32,000 nt of DNA, from NCBI RefSeq assembly GCF_000018105.1, contig NC_009925.1:6300001-6332000 (forward strand). The letters are read 5' to 3'. Of the stretch, positions 8,903 through 17,971 are shown piece after piece (positions within the stretch are counted from its first letter, which is position 1; each line of letters opens with the position of its first letter). The notes under the pieces are model-generated. The model searched no databases, was not told the DNA's origin, and saw only the letters and a program-made list of their open reading frames with translations. Both the position numbers and the translations under genes were made by a program. The stretch comes from Acaryochloris marina MBIC11017 (GTDB lineage Bacteria > Cyanobacteriota > Cyanobacteriia > Thermosynechococcales > Thermosynechococcaceae).

Positions 8903-9132
8903 TCAGATCCCGGCCAAAGTAAAAGTGATCGCTTATTGAGCATGTTTCTTCAGCATTACTTCACTTTCAAGCCCCTTGCTTTGATGGAGCTACTTACGAC
9001 TTCGTATTTATCTCAATCTCGTTCAGCAGGAACTGGCAAAGGTTAGAGGTGTACACACTCCATAGGGGGCGTATTAGGATCCGTTCCAGCATCAGATAAG
9101 GTCATTGTTTTACGAAGCAGTAGCTTCTCATC

Positions 9133-12100
9133 CTAAGGACAACTAGCCACATTCGTAAAAGGAGCAAGCGGGGTGCCAGGAGGAACCAAAGTGCCATCAA
9201 AGCTGAAGGTGGCATTGTTATTGTCGGTACTGACAGTGGCTAAATTCACCACTTGGAATGTGTTACTTCTGGAGTTCAGGTTGAAGTCATTACCTCCCAA
9301 ACCTGCGAAGTTAGGGTTGCTGCTGAGATTGCCTGAAATCGTTGTGCAGATGGGATTGCCGCCATTATTATCAATCTGCACACTGTTTTGTCCAGCTTGA
9401 GAAATTGTGTTGTCCGAAATCGTGGTGCTGTCCAAGCTGCTGTCATCGTCTATACGCACATTGATGCCATCTGCATCTTCTCCTTGGGTGGAGAGAGTAT
9501 TGTCCGAGATGGTGGCGCTACCCAAGCTGCTGTCATCGTCTACACGCACATTGATGCCATCTGCAAAGTCTCCTTGGGTGGAAATGATATTGCCCGAAAT
9601 CGTGGTGCTGTCCAAGCTGCTGTCATCGTCTATACTCACATTGATGCCATCTGCAAAGTCTCCTTGGGTGGAGAGAGTATTGTCCGAGATGGTGGCGCTA
9701 CCCAAGCTGCTGTCATCGTCTACACGCATATTGATGCCATCTGCAGAGTCTTCCTGGGTGGAGACGGTATTGCCCGAAATCATGGCGCTGCCCAAGCTGC
9801 TATCAGGTCGTATACTCACATTGATGCCATCTGCGAACTCTCCTTGGGTGGAAATGGTATTGCCCGAAATCGTGGCGCTGTCAATCCTTCCGCTGGTGGA
9901 GATGGTATTGCTAAATGTGCCACCTCTTGACGTACGAACATTGATTCCCTGAGCAAAGTCTCCCTGAGTAGAGATGTCGTTGCCTGCAACTCTAACGCTG
10001 CCAATGCGTCCACCATTGAGGGTGCTATTTATGGTGGTATTTACAAATTCGGTTCTGATTGAAGATTCAATATTGATTCCATCTGCAGAGTTCCCCTGAG
10101 TAGAGATGTCGTTGCCTGCAACAGTAATGTTGTCAATACTCCCAGCGGTGATGGTGGTGTTGCTAAAGCTGCCCCGAATCGGGACGGTCAGTTGAATGCC
10201 ATCCGACCCATCCCCAACCGTAGAAATGGTATTGCCTGAAATGGTAGCAGTGCCCAGTTTGGCAGCCCCTGTCTCACTGAGGACGGTGGCCAGAATTCCT
10301 TGGGCATCCGTACCTGAAGTAGTAATGATGTTGCCTGCAATCGTGGCACTTGTTAAAGTGACATCTTCGAGGTCGATTTCAATACCGTGGGCTCCATCGG
10401 TGAGAAATTCGGCGCTTGATTCAGTGGTGTTAGTCGTGTTCCCGCTAGTGGCAATCTGGTTGTTGATAATTTCAGCGGAGCCACTGACATTCTGCAAACG
10501 GATACCTCCGGTATCGTCTCCACTCACTACAATCTGATTGTCCTGTACCGCTACATTCTGAACATTGTTAGCAAAGATGCCGCGATTGCCTGCTAAGGGT
10601 GAAATGTTCATGCCTGCCACTGTTGTGTTGTTGCCCAGCACGACACCATCTCCACCCGTGTCGTTAATGCTACTCCCTGGTAACCCGATAATCCGCACCG
10701 TACCCATGGTTGGATCAACATTGGAAATATTGATACCTACTGCCGCTGGATTGGTGATGTTGACTGTCGTATTACTGAGGTCAAATACACCGCTAATGTC
10801 ATTGAGCGTGATGCCATTGGTGGCTGAGTTGGTGCTAGTGAGAGTACTGTCCGTCACAGTGGCATTGGCGATATTCGTAGCCTGCAGCGCTGGACCGTCG
10901 GTACTGTCCACTGTCAACCCTGATAGGTTGATGGACTCGGTATTGTTCTGCAGTAGAATTCCCGCTTGATTGCCCGTGGTGGTAATGGTGCCGCCATTGG
11001 TGGCTGCCACATTGACGATACCGCCATTGGTGGCATTAAATCCGATGCCTGTGGTGGTATCAATATCCAATCCCCCATTAAAGGCCACCGTACTGCCCGT
11101 ATTATTGGTCAGGTTCACCCCAGGAGCCGTACTCGTATTAGCCGTAACGAAGCCATTAAAGGTGGTAGTGCCCCCTGTTTTGTCAGTGATATTAATGGCA
11201 CTTGCAGGATTGGTTTGAGTAATGGTGCCGTTATAGGTAATCGTGCTTGTCCCCCCTACAACATTAAACGCCGCATTCGTGGCATTGGTAATCGAGCTAG
11301 TGGCATCAAAGGTAAAGGTGCCATCACCGTCTGTAATCTCTAGGCCGTTATCACCCGCATTCGTGATATCCACATTCGTTGCCGTAATCGTGCCTGCTGG
11401 ATTAGCAAACTGGAGACTATCCCCACCTGAATTAGAGATATCGACATTAGTGAGCGTTGTGGTCCCAGTGGCATTGAGGATCTGGATGGCGGGACCTGTG
11501 GCGTTGGTGCTCACGACGTTGGTTAAGGTCGTGTTGGTGGCATTGACGATGACATCTGTGGCGTTGTTGTTGAAGACCACATTATCAATGGTGGTGTTGG
11601 TGGAGGGGGTGATCTGAATCCCAGCCACGGTGAAGTTCCCGAGGCTGCTGTTGCGGATAGTGGTGTTGGTGGCACCTGTGACGGCAGCAATTCCTCTGGG
11701 AGCAGTGTTTTGTCCGTTGAAGGCAAGACCGTCAATGGTGTTGTTATTGGCGAGGGTGAGGACGTTGTTGTTGGCACCATTGACCAATTGGGGCTGTCCC
11801 ATATCCAAGACGGTGACTGAACCCAGATTGGGGACAGTGAACACAAAGTTGGGAGTGGTCCCTACTCCTAGGGCCTGTTGTCCTGTTTTGAGGGTGAGGG
11901 AATTGCCTAGACCCGTTTGGGTATCGATAGTGCCTGCATCATCTAAGAAAAATAAAACATCATTCGCTTGGGTAATGGAGCTAGTGGCCTGGGCAACCGT
12001 CAAGGGATTATCTTGAGTGCCATCACCAGCCGTGCCGTCACCATTGACAAAGAAGATATTAATCGGTTGTCCTGTGGCAGGATTAAGGACAACTTGAGAT

Positions 12101-13566
12101 GTGATAGCAGCAGTTTGTGGTCCCAGCGGAGAGAGGGTGCCTTGTCCAGCCACCGCCGCTTGAAGTTCGGTGAGGGAGATGGGGCGGTTGATGTCCTGAG
12201 CAAAGGTGGTGATTTCGTAGTGGCGTTCAATGGGGCGGCGGGCTAACCGCTGGGTTAGGCTCAAAGGTTCAGATCGTTGGGGGCCACCAAAGGGAATTCC
12301 GAGGCGGACAAAGCCTTCGAGTTCGGATCCACGGGTTTCATCGAAGCGGAAGCGGCTGCCGACTTGGAGGAGTCCCCCATTCATACCTAAAGGGTCTTGG
12401 ACTTCGAGTTGGGCACGGGCCATGGGGCCATCGATGCTGAGGGTTTCGCTGCTATCGAAGAAGAAATAGCCACCAAACAGACCAAGACTGACTTTGTCAC
12501 TAAAGTGGTGACGATGGCCCGCTTCAAAGTCAAAGCCAGCTAGGGCTCGTTCACGGGCTTCTAGGGTGAAGATTTGTTGGACGATGTTGGTGCCGAGGCC
12601 ATTGGCTCTAGGCTCGATGCCGAGGACGCCATTGACGGTGCGTTGACCCACCACATTGGAGTTGCTGCCAGGGAGATAACCATTGACTCTAAACTCAAAT
12701 TTCTTGCTAATGAGTTCGACTCCGAGGCTACCTTGGTGATACTGAAAGTCGTTTTCGCTACGTTTGGTGTCGTAGAAGGCATGGGTACCCAGGATCCAGG
12801 GATTCTCTTCGGAGGTGTTGAGGACGCGACGATAGGCGAGACCGAGGTTTCCCATGAAGGTTTCGTTACTGCCTGCTTCAAAGTGAACATCGGCAAATGC
12901 AAAGGATTTCTCGTCTTGGAAGAAGGGGAGTCGGAGGTTGAGCACACCAAATTGACGGCGGGTACTGCCTCGAAATTCAGCATCGACAAAGTAGGGGATG
13001 CCGAGGTTTTCTGCAGGGGGTGTTGAGGTTTTAGCCTCTTCTTGAGAGATAGGGGTGTTCTTTGAAGGGTCTGATTGAGGCAGTCCAGATTCTGCTTGGG
13101 TGAGGGGTAAGGACGTAACTTTAGGCGAGGGGAGGGATGAGGGCGTCTCTGGACTAGTGCTAATCGTCTGGTCAATGCTAGTCCATCCCGCTTCTGTTAA
13201 GGTACGGGGTGGATGGAGCAGATCTGGTGTTGAGGGCTCTAAAACGGAACGATTATTCTGTGGCTCGACCGTGGGGAGTGTCATCTCTGGTTGAAGGTGA
13301 GATGTCTTGAGCAAGAATCTAGGAGTGGGTGTTAAGGTCAGGTCTAAATCACCCAGGGGAGTGACATGGACAGTGATGGGAGCAGGTGTGGCTTCTAGCT
13401 TAGGTAGAGAAGCGGTTAGGGGCTGTTCAGAAGGGGACGAGGCAAGGTCTATCTGTTCAGCTATAGCTGTGAGGGGCCAGATACCAGAAATTAATAGACT
13501 TAAAACTATAGTCTGACCAACCCCTAAGAAAAAATTTGCATTGGCAAAAGTACGGCGAGCCATCAT
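9133..13566 (-). CDS. Inverse-autotransporter-type outer-membrane adhesin with a parallel beta-helix passenger and C-terminal 30-aa tandem repeats
   Basis: It has a signal peptide (MMARRTFANANFFLGVGQTIVLSLLISGIWPLTAIA) followed by a P/S/T-rich linker. Amino acids ~190-455 resemble the intimin/invasin beta-barrel (FMGNLGLAYRRVL...WILGTHAFYDTKRS...SLGVELISKKFEFRVNGYLPGS). About 1000 aa of NxT/G-rich beta-helix-like repeats follow (NATNTTLTNV..., ISGNTISTQGDFADGINV...). Confidence 0.8.
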   Translation of the reverse strand: MMARRTFANANFFLGVGQTIVLSLLISGIWPLTAIAEQIDLASSPSEQPLTASLPKLEATPAPITVHVTPLGDLDLTLTPTPRFLLKTSHLQPEMTLPTVEPQNNRSVLEPSTPDLLHPPRTLTEAGWTSIDQTISTSPETPSSLPSPKVTSLPLTQAESGLPQSDPSKNTPISQEEAKTSTPPAENLGIPYFVDAEFRGSTRRQFGVLNLRLPFFQDEKSFAFADVHFEAGSNETFMGNLGLAYRRVLNTSEENPWILGTHAFYDTKRSENDFQYHQGSLGVELISKKFEFRVNGYLPGSNSNVVGQRTVNGVLGIEPRANGLGTNIVQQIFTLEARERALAGFDFEAGHRHHFSDKVSLGLFGGYFFFDSSETLSIDGPMARAQLEVQDPLGMNGGLLQVGSRFRFDETRGSELEGFVRLGIPFGGPQRSEPLSLTQRLARRPIERHYEITTFAQDINRPISLTELQAAVAGQGTLSPLGPQTAAITSQVVLNPATGQPINIFFVNGDGTAGDGTQDNPLTVAQATSSITQANDVLFFLDDAGTIDTQTGLGNSLTLKTGQQALGVGTTPNFVFTVPNLGSVTVLDMGQPQLVNGANNNVLTLANNNTIDGLAFNGQNTAPRGIAAVTGATNTTIRNSSLGNFTVAGIQITPSTNTTIDNVVFNNNATDVIVNATNTTLTNVVSTNATGPAIQILNATGTTTLTNVDISNSGGDSLQFANPAGTITATNVDITNAGDNGLEITDGDGTFTFDATSSITNATNAAFNVVGGTSTITYNGTITQTNPASAINITDKTGGTTTFNGFVTANTSTAPGVNLTNNTGSTVAFNGGLDIDTTTGIGFNATNGGIVNVAATNGGTITTTGNQAGILLQNNTESINLSGLTVDSTDGPALQATNIANATVTDSTLTSTNSATNGITLNDISGVFDLSNTTVNITNPAAVGINISNVDPTMGTVRIIGLPGSSINDTGGDGVVLGNNTTVAGMNISPLAGNRGIFANNVQNVAVQDNQIVVSGDDTGGIRLQNVSGSAEIINNQIATSGNTTNTTESSAEFLTDGAHGIEIDLEDVTLTSATIAGNIITTSGTDAQGILATVLSETGAAKLGTATISGNTISTVGDGSDGIQLTVPIRGSFSNTTITAGSIDNITVAGNDISTQGNSADGINIESSIRTEFVNTTINSTLNGGRIGSVRVAGNDISTQGDFAQGINVRTSRGGTFSNTISTSGRIDSATISGNTISTQGEFADGINVSIRPDSSLGSAMISGNTVSTQEDSADGINMRVDDDSSLGSATISDNTLSTQGDFADGINVSIDDDSSLDSTTISGNIISTQGDFADGINVRVDDDSSLGSATISDNTLSTQGEDADGINVRIDDDSSLDSTTISDNTISQAGQNSVQIDNNGGNPICTTISGNLSSNPNFAGLGGNDFNLNSRSNTFQVVNLATVSTDNNNATFSFDGTLVPPGTPLAPFTNVASCP
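9411..9860. repeat. Five tandem 90-bp repeats (30 codons each) within the adhesin gene; alternate units are most similar (180-bp higher order), and degenerate copies continue to about 10200
   Basis: Unit starts read at 9411, 9501, 9591, 9681 and 9771, with the next at 9861. Units 1/3 and 2/4 differ at only a few positions. Confidence 0.9.
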
Positions 13567-13743
13567 GATTCCTCAAATACCTTTCAGAACAATCTCACTT
13601 GCAGTAATCTGTAGCTTGGGGCAAGCCTATCTCCATAAAAAATGGTAGATAGACATCGTTCAATCAATATCCACAAAATAGTTTCATGGGAGCAGCTTAG
13701 TTGAGTCAGTGCTAAGAACTGACAAGTCGCCTCCCAGCACAAC

Positions 13744-14200
13744 TTACCCTTGGATAAAGAAAATATGTCGATATTCTATATTTCTTGATAAAAAAGAGTC
13801 CTTGAAACCGTTATGTGGAAACTCCTCTAATGAAAACGATAAAGTTTTTGCCTTGGTGAAATTCGCTACTGCCTGTGTACTGAAACTCTTAGCCTTGATC
13901 TCAATAATGAAGGCATGGTAGACGAAGCGATCTATTGCGGCTACCGTCATCGAAGAATCACAGAAAATACACTACCGCGTTGAGAAAGGATGATTAGCTG
14001 TAATCTTGAAAGAACGACGCTCATACCGATGAACAATAAGCTCAGACTGTATAGATGTTTCATCATCCGTCTTTATGTCATAGCCAATTTCATCAAGGAT
14101 GAATAACTCAAAGTGGTCCAGCTTAGCTAGAGTTGAAGCTATTGTTACGACAACAGGTACTGACCCAAGTCGAAAGAGCAGATTGCTGAGAGGATTGGAG
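13744..14200 (-). pseudogene. istB (IS21 helper ATPase) pseudogene, 5'-truncated with an in-frame stop
   Basis: The minus-strand translation is ...LAKLDHFELFILDEIGYDIKTDDETSIQSELIVHRYERRSFKITANHPFSTR*CIFCDSSMTVAAIDRFVYHAFIIEIKAKSF. It aligns to the intact IstB at 8350..8620. There is no Walker A region, and the stop falls where the conserved Trp is. Confidence 0.8.
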
Positions 14201-14278
14201 CTTTGCTAGGTCAGGAGCGGGTGAGTAAGGTTTGGGGGTGATGAGAGTGTTTAGATTTTTGTGTAAGCAGCAGTGTAT

Positions 14279-15438
14279 TCAATAGTTGAATCGTGTTGGG
14301 AACAGAATAGCAAAATGGGACAGCGCCGCCTTCCAATTCAGAATTGGTCTGGTCCATCGCTTCGAAATATTCCTCATCGCTAGAAACATCAATTTGTAGA
14401 CAGACTCTTCATTAGGGAAAACCGCTTTGGTCTTAATCACCTTTCTCAGTGAGCGGTTGAGCGACTCAATGGCATTGGTGGTGTAGATAACCTTACGGAT
14501 GGCCATTGGGTATTGAAACAACGGGGCAACATTATCCCAATGTCGTATCCAGATTTGGCTAATGCCAGGATACGTCTCGTCCCATTTATGGGCAAATGCA
14601 TCCAACGCAGCCTCAGACTCTTCCAAAGTGGCCGCTTGGTAAATGGGCTTGAGGTCTGCAGCTACGGCTCGACTTTCCTTCCACGGCACATGGCGAAGGC
14701 TATTACGAATAAGATGGACAATACAAACCTGCACCTGGGTCTGAGGGTAGACCGACTCAATCGCTTGAGGAAAACCTTTGAGTCCATCACAGCAAGCAAT
14801 CAAGATATCCTGAGTTCCTCGATTTTTAAGGTCTGTGAGCACCGAAAGCCAGAATTTTGCTCCCTCTCGTTCAGCGGCTCCTATCCATAATCCCAACAGT
14901 TCCTTGTTGCCCTCCACAGTCACTGCCAAAGCGACATAGACAGCTCGCTTGCTGACTTGACCATTGACTTTGATGTTCACATACAGCGCATCAAGATAGA
15001 CAATCGGATACACCTCATCCAGCGGCCTTGAACGCCAGTCTTTGACCTCTTCCATGACGCTATTGATGACGTCACTAATCAGAGCTTCAGAGATATTGGC
15101 CCCATACAGCTCCACCAATTGGGCTCGAATATCACGGGTGGTCATGCCCCGAGCATATAAGGCGATGATTTTCTCATCGAGCCCTGCGATGCGTCGCTGG
15201 CCTTTAGGCACCAGGACAGGCTCAAACTCGCCGCAACGGTCACGAGGAATCGATAGGTCCATCTCTCCTTGTTCAGACTGGACGGTCTTTTTCGAGTAAC
15301 CATTGCGACTATTTCTGGGGCCATTAGAATTCTCATCACCTGACTGATCGTTGGAGGATTGCTGCAGGTGATGAGTCAATTCACCTGCAAGGGCTCGTTC
15401 CACTAGGCGTTTGCTGAGTCGTTTAAGCAGTCCTGATT
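14279..15438 (-). pseudogene. IS256-family (mutator-type) transposase, codons about 31-416, separated from its first 30 codons by the IS4 insertion
   Basis: Motifs include ...ESGLLKRLSKRLVERALAGELTHHLQQ...YPIVYLDALYVNIK...ILIACCDGLKGFPQAIESVYPQTQVQVCIVHLIRNSL...IYTTNAIESLNRSLRKVIK. Confidence 0.9.
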
Positions 15439-16921
15439 CAATGGCACTGACTTAAGAAGTCAGGAAAAAGCTACAAGTCTTGATAGATATAGGATCAAGA
15501 CTTGCACGCCATAAACTTCTGCCTTTCACTATGTCTGAGTCAGCCGAAATTCTCAAGCAGCAATTTTCCCAAAGCCTGGGTTTACCGTGGACAGATATCC
15601 TTCCAGCCTCAAGGTTAGAGGAACTCCTGAAAGAAGAAGCATTCTCCTATCGCAACCGGATATATAGCCCCATCGTTACGCTGTGGGCCATGCTTTACCA
15701 AGTGCTATCAGCCGATAAAAGCCTTCGTAACACAGTCAAATGCATCACGACTTGGCTCACAGCGGCTGGCATCCAACCGCCCTCATCTGATACCGGAGCC
15801 TACAGCAAAGCCAGAAGTCGCTTTCCAGAGTCACTGTTGCAACGTTTAATTCCCGAAAGCGCTGAGTGCTTAGCGCAACCCCTCTCCCCAGAGCACCTCT
15901 GGTGTGGTCGGCCCGTCAAGGTCTACGACGGAACCACCGTGTTGATGGCTGATAGTGCGGCCAACCAAGCATCATATCCACAACATGGCAATCAAACAGC
16001 AGGCTGTGGTTTTCCCATCGCTCGCTTGGTAGTGTTCTTCTGCTTGGTTACCGGTGCAGTGGCGTCAGCTTGTATTGCCTCCTGGGACACCAGTGAAATT
16101 GTCATGAGTCGTTTGCTCTATCAAGACCTTGAGGTCGGTGATGTGGTCATGGCGGACCAAGCTTATGGCAGCTATGTTGATCTAGCCATCATTCAACAAC
16201 ACAGGGCTGATGGAGTGTTGCGTAAACATCATGCTCGCAAGACTGATTTCCGCAAAGGCAACAAGCATGGCATTGGTGATCATCAGGTGACATGGCATAA
16301 GCCAGCCCAACGGCCTGAGCACATGAGTGAGCAAGATTTTGCCCTGATTCCTCAAACATTGGTCGTTAGAGAGGTGTGTTTGCGCTTATCCCTTAAGGGC
16401 TTTCGCGACCAGCACATTATTGTGGTGACGACGCTGCTGGATGCTCAACGCTACAGCGCTGGGCAACTGACTCGCTTGTATGGCTGGCGTTGGCCAGTGG
16501 CGGAAGTCAATCTGCGCCATCTCAAAACCACCTTAAAAATGGAGATGCTCAGTGCCAAAACTCCGGATATGGTGCGCAAGGACATTTGGGTACATTTGTT
16601 GGGCTATAACCTACTCAGAAGTCTCATGGAACTTGCGGCACCGCTAGCAGATAATGCTAGAACTCAACTGTCTGTGCAAGGAGCACGACAACACTTCAAT
16701 CAGATGCTTGCTTTGTTGGCGACAGCCAACCGTGCGACCAGAAAGCGGTTGTTTACTCATCTACTTGAGACCATGGCAGCCGATCTATTACCCTCTCGAC
16801 CGAATCGGCACGAACCGAGAGTCGTCAAACGCAGACCCAAATCTTTCCCGCGAATGCGACAACCTCGCTCTGCTCTCAAAGCTAAGCTAGCTGTTTGATT
16901 GAGCTTAAGTCAGTGCCATTG
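15439..16921 (+). mobile_element. IS4-family insertion sequence (1483 bp) nested in the IS256 transposase gene
   Basis: Perfect 18-bp terminal inverted repeats are CAATGGCACTGACTTAAG (15439..15456) and CTTAAGTCAGTGCCATTG (16904..16921). A perfect 10-bp target duplication AGTCCTGATT lies at 15429..15438 and 16922..16931. Confidence 0.95.
15531..16898 (+). CDS. IS4-family DDE transposase
   Basis: DDE-type motifs are VKVYDGTTVLMADS, GDVVMADQAYGSY and the Y-x2-R-x3-E-x6-K signature in YGWRWPVAEVNLRHLK. I preferred the ATG at 15531 over the TTG at 15480. Confidence 0.9.
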   Translation: MSESAEILKQQFSQSLGLPWTDILPASRLEELLKEEAFSYRNRIYSPIVTLWAMLYQVLSADKSLRNTVKCITTWLTAAGIQPPSSDTGAYSKARSRFPESLLQRLIPESAECLAQPLSPEHLWCGRPVKVYDGTTVLMADSAANQASYPQHGNQTAGCGFPIARLVVFFCLVTGAVASACIASWDTSEIVMSRLLYQDLEVGDVVMADQAYGSYVDLAIIQQHRADGVLRKHHARKTDFRKGNKHGIGDHQVTWHKPAQRPEHMSEQDFALIPQTLVVREVCLRLSLKGFRDQHIIVVTTLLDAQRYSAGQLTRLYGWRWPVAEVNLRHLKTTLKMEMLSAKTPDMVRKDIWVHLLGYNLLRSLMELAAPLADNARTQLSVQGARQHFNQMLALLATANRATRKRLFTHLLETMAADLLPSRPNRHEPRVVKRRPKSFPRMRQPRSALKAKLAV

Positions 16922-16931
16922 AGTCCTGATT

Positions 16932-17022
16932 CGCCCAGAATATCTTCCGGTTGAGGGTTCTCTCCGATGAGTTCATCTAACAGTTCATCGACTCGATTGG
17001 GAGCTTTTTTCTTTCTAGACAT
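16932..17022 (-). pseudogene. IS256-family transposase, first 30 codons (MSRKKKAPNRVDELLDELIGENPQPEDILG)
   Basis: Joining 17022..16932 to 15438..14279 (removing the IS4 element and one TSD copy) restores one uninterrupted 416-codon ORF. Confidence 0.85.
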
Positions 17023-17111
17023 CGTACGGTCTCCTGATGTGTTTGGATCCTAGACCGCTTACACAAAACTCTGAACAGTCCCGGGTGATAGGAGCCGATT
17101 ATGTTCAAGTT

Positions 17112-17519
17112 CTATCTGGTACAAAGCAGATCCATAATACCGATAAAGTCTTGATACTCTTTGCCTTCAAGCTTTGTTTTTTGAGGCACACTAATATTAC
17201 TTTGCGTGTTTTTAGTGTCTTCAGTCGTCATCTTTAAATTTGAACGAAATACTCTCCGAGCTGCACAGTGGACTTCATAATCACCCTTTGCTAGAACAGA
17301 CTCTCCATTCTCCCGATAAAACATCGAAAGACGAGCCTTAATCACACTCTCTCCCGAGAGTTTAATTCTCTTGAAACTATGCGACTCCATATCAACTCTG
17401 GCCTCAGTGGTTCCAGATGTCGAGCTAAACAGGTTTTCCCAAGGACTTGCGAGTGTTGGTTTTGCGGATACGAAGCAGAAGAGAATGGAAAGACCTAAAA
17501 GGGAGGTAGACCTAAACAT
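17112..17519 (-). CDS. Hypothetical small secreted protein
   Basis: It has an N-terminal signal peptide (MFRSTSLLGLSILFCFVSAKPTLA) and no recognisable domain. Confidence 0.5.
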   Translation of the reverse strand: MFRSTSLLGLSILFCFVSAKPTLASPWENLFSSTSGTTEARVDMESHSFKRIKLSGESVIKARLSMFYRENGESVLAKGDYEVHCAARRVFRSNLKMTTEDTKNTQSNISVPQKTKLEGKEYQDFIGIMDLLCTR

Positions 17520-17825
17520 AGATTATGAGTATTTTTGATGATGTGAAAGAAAGTGCTCCGAACAATAATGCTACCTGAAAAGTAATTTAGAAACGTTATC
17601 CCAATTCAAATAGGTTTGGGGTAGCCCGGAAACAGTCTACTGGGGAGGTCATACACATAATCCATCCTAGCGTGCCCAAATTAAGGGAGTATTAGATCAT
17701 AAGGGATCATAAGGATGAAACATAAGCCATTAATGAGTCTTCATCCCCAATAAGCCTTTCCCTAGCTGGTATTGACATCCTCTTCCAGCCAACCTAACGA
17801 AATGGCTAGAGATCCGCTGCGTCAA

Positions 17826-17971
17826 ACTGACATATTTAGGTTAATAACAGTAGCTCAAACAAAAATAGCAGAGGAGGAGAATACAAGTAACCTTCTCAAT
17901 TAAGGAAGCTTATTATAAGAACTTATAACTACGCTTATAAGAAACGCGCTTCCCAGTCTGTACATACCCGT
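17826..17971 (+). promoter_or_regulatory. Conserved upstream leader shared with 28030..28117 (putative promoter and 5' UTR of DUF4157 paralogues 1 and 3)
   Basis: ACTGA(C/G)ATATTTAGGTTAATAACAGTAG...AGAATACAAGTA...TTAAGGAAGCTT aligns by eye between the two loci. The homology continues into the coding regions. Confidence 0.5.

Larger units (their letters stand above)
14243..17082 (-). mobile_element. IS256-family insertion sequence, inactivated by a nested IS4-family element
   Basis: Imperfect terminal inverted repeats are GAGAGTGTTTAGATTTTTGTGTAAGC (14243..) and GCTTACACAAAACTCTGAACAGTCCC (..17082). They are flanked by GGGTGAT at 14236..14242 and 17083..17089 (7-8 bp target duplication). Length without the nested element is about 1.35 kb. 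Confidence 0.8.

Noticed and set aside
9411-9860. Regularly spaced repeats considered as a CRISPR array
   Set aside because: The units are contiguous 90-bp repeats with no unique spacers. They are in frame within a large CDS and encode a 30-aa protein repeat. No cas genes are present in the window.
9388-9952. Long ORFs (180-181 aa) on the + strand opposite the adhesin gene, plus several others between 9173 and 13516
   Set aside because: They are antisense or alternate-frame shadows of a repetitive, low-stop-codon gene. Their 'proteins' simply mirror the 90-bp repeats, and they have no independent start or RBS context.
12561-13175. 204-aa ORF on the same strand as the adhesin gene but in another frame
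   Set aside because: It lies entirely within the well-supported barrel and linker region of the 1477-aa CDS. Its P/S/K-rich composition is typical of off-frame translation.
16654-16890. 78-aa alternate-frame ORF inside the IS4 transposase gene
   Set aside because: It is fully nested in a well-supported CDS and has no independent evidence.
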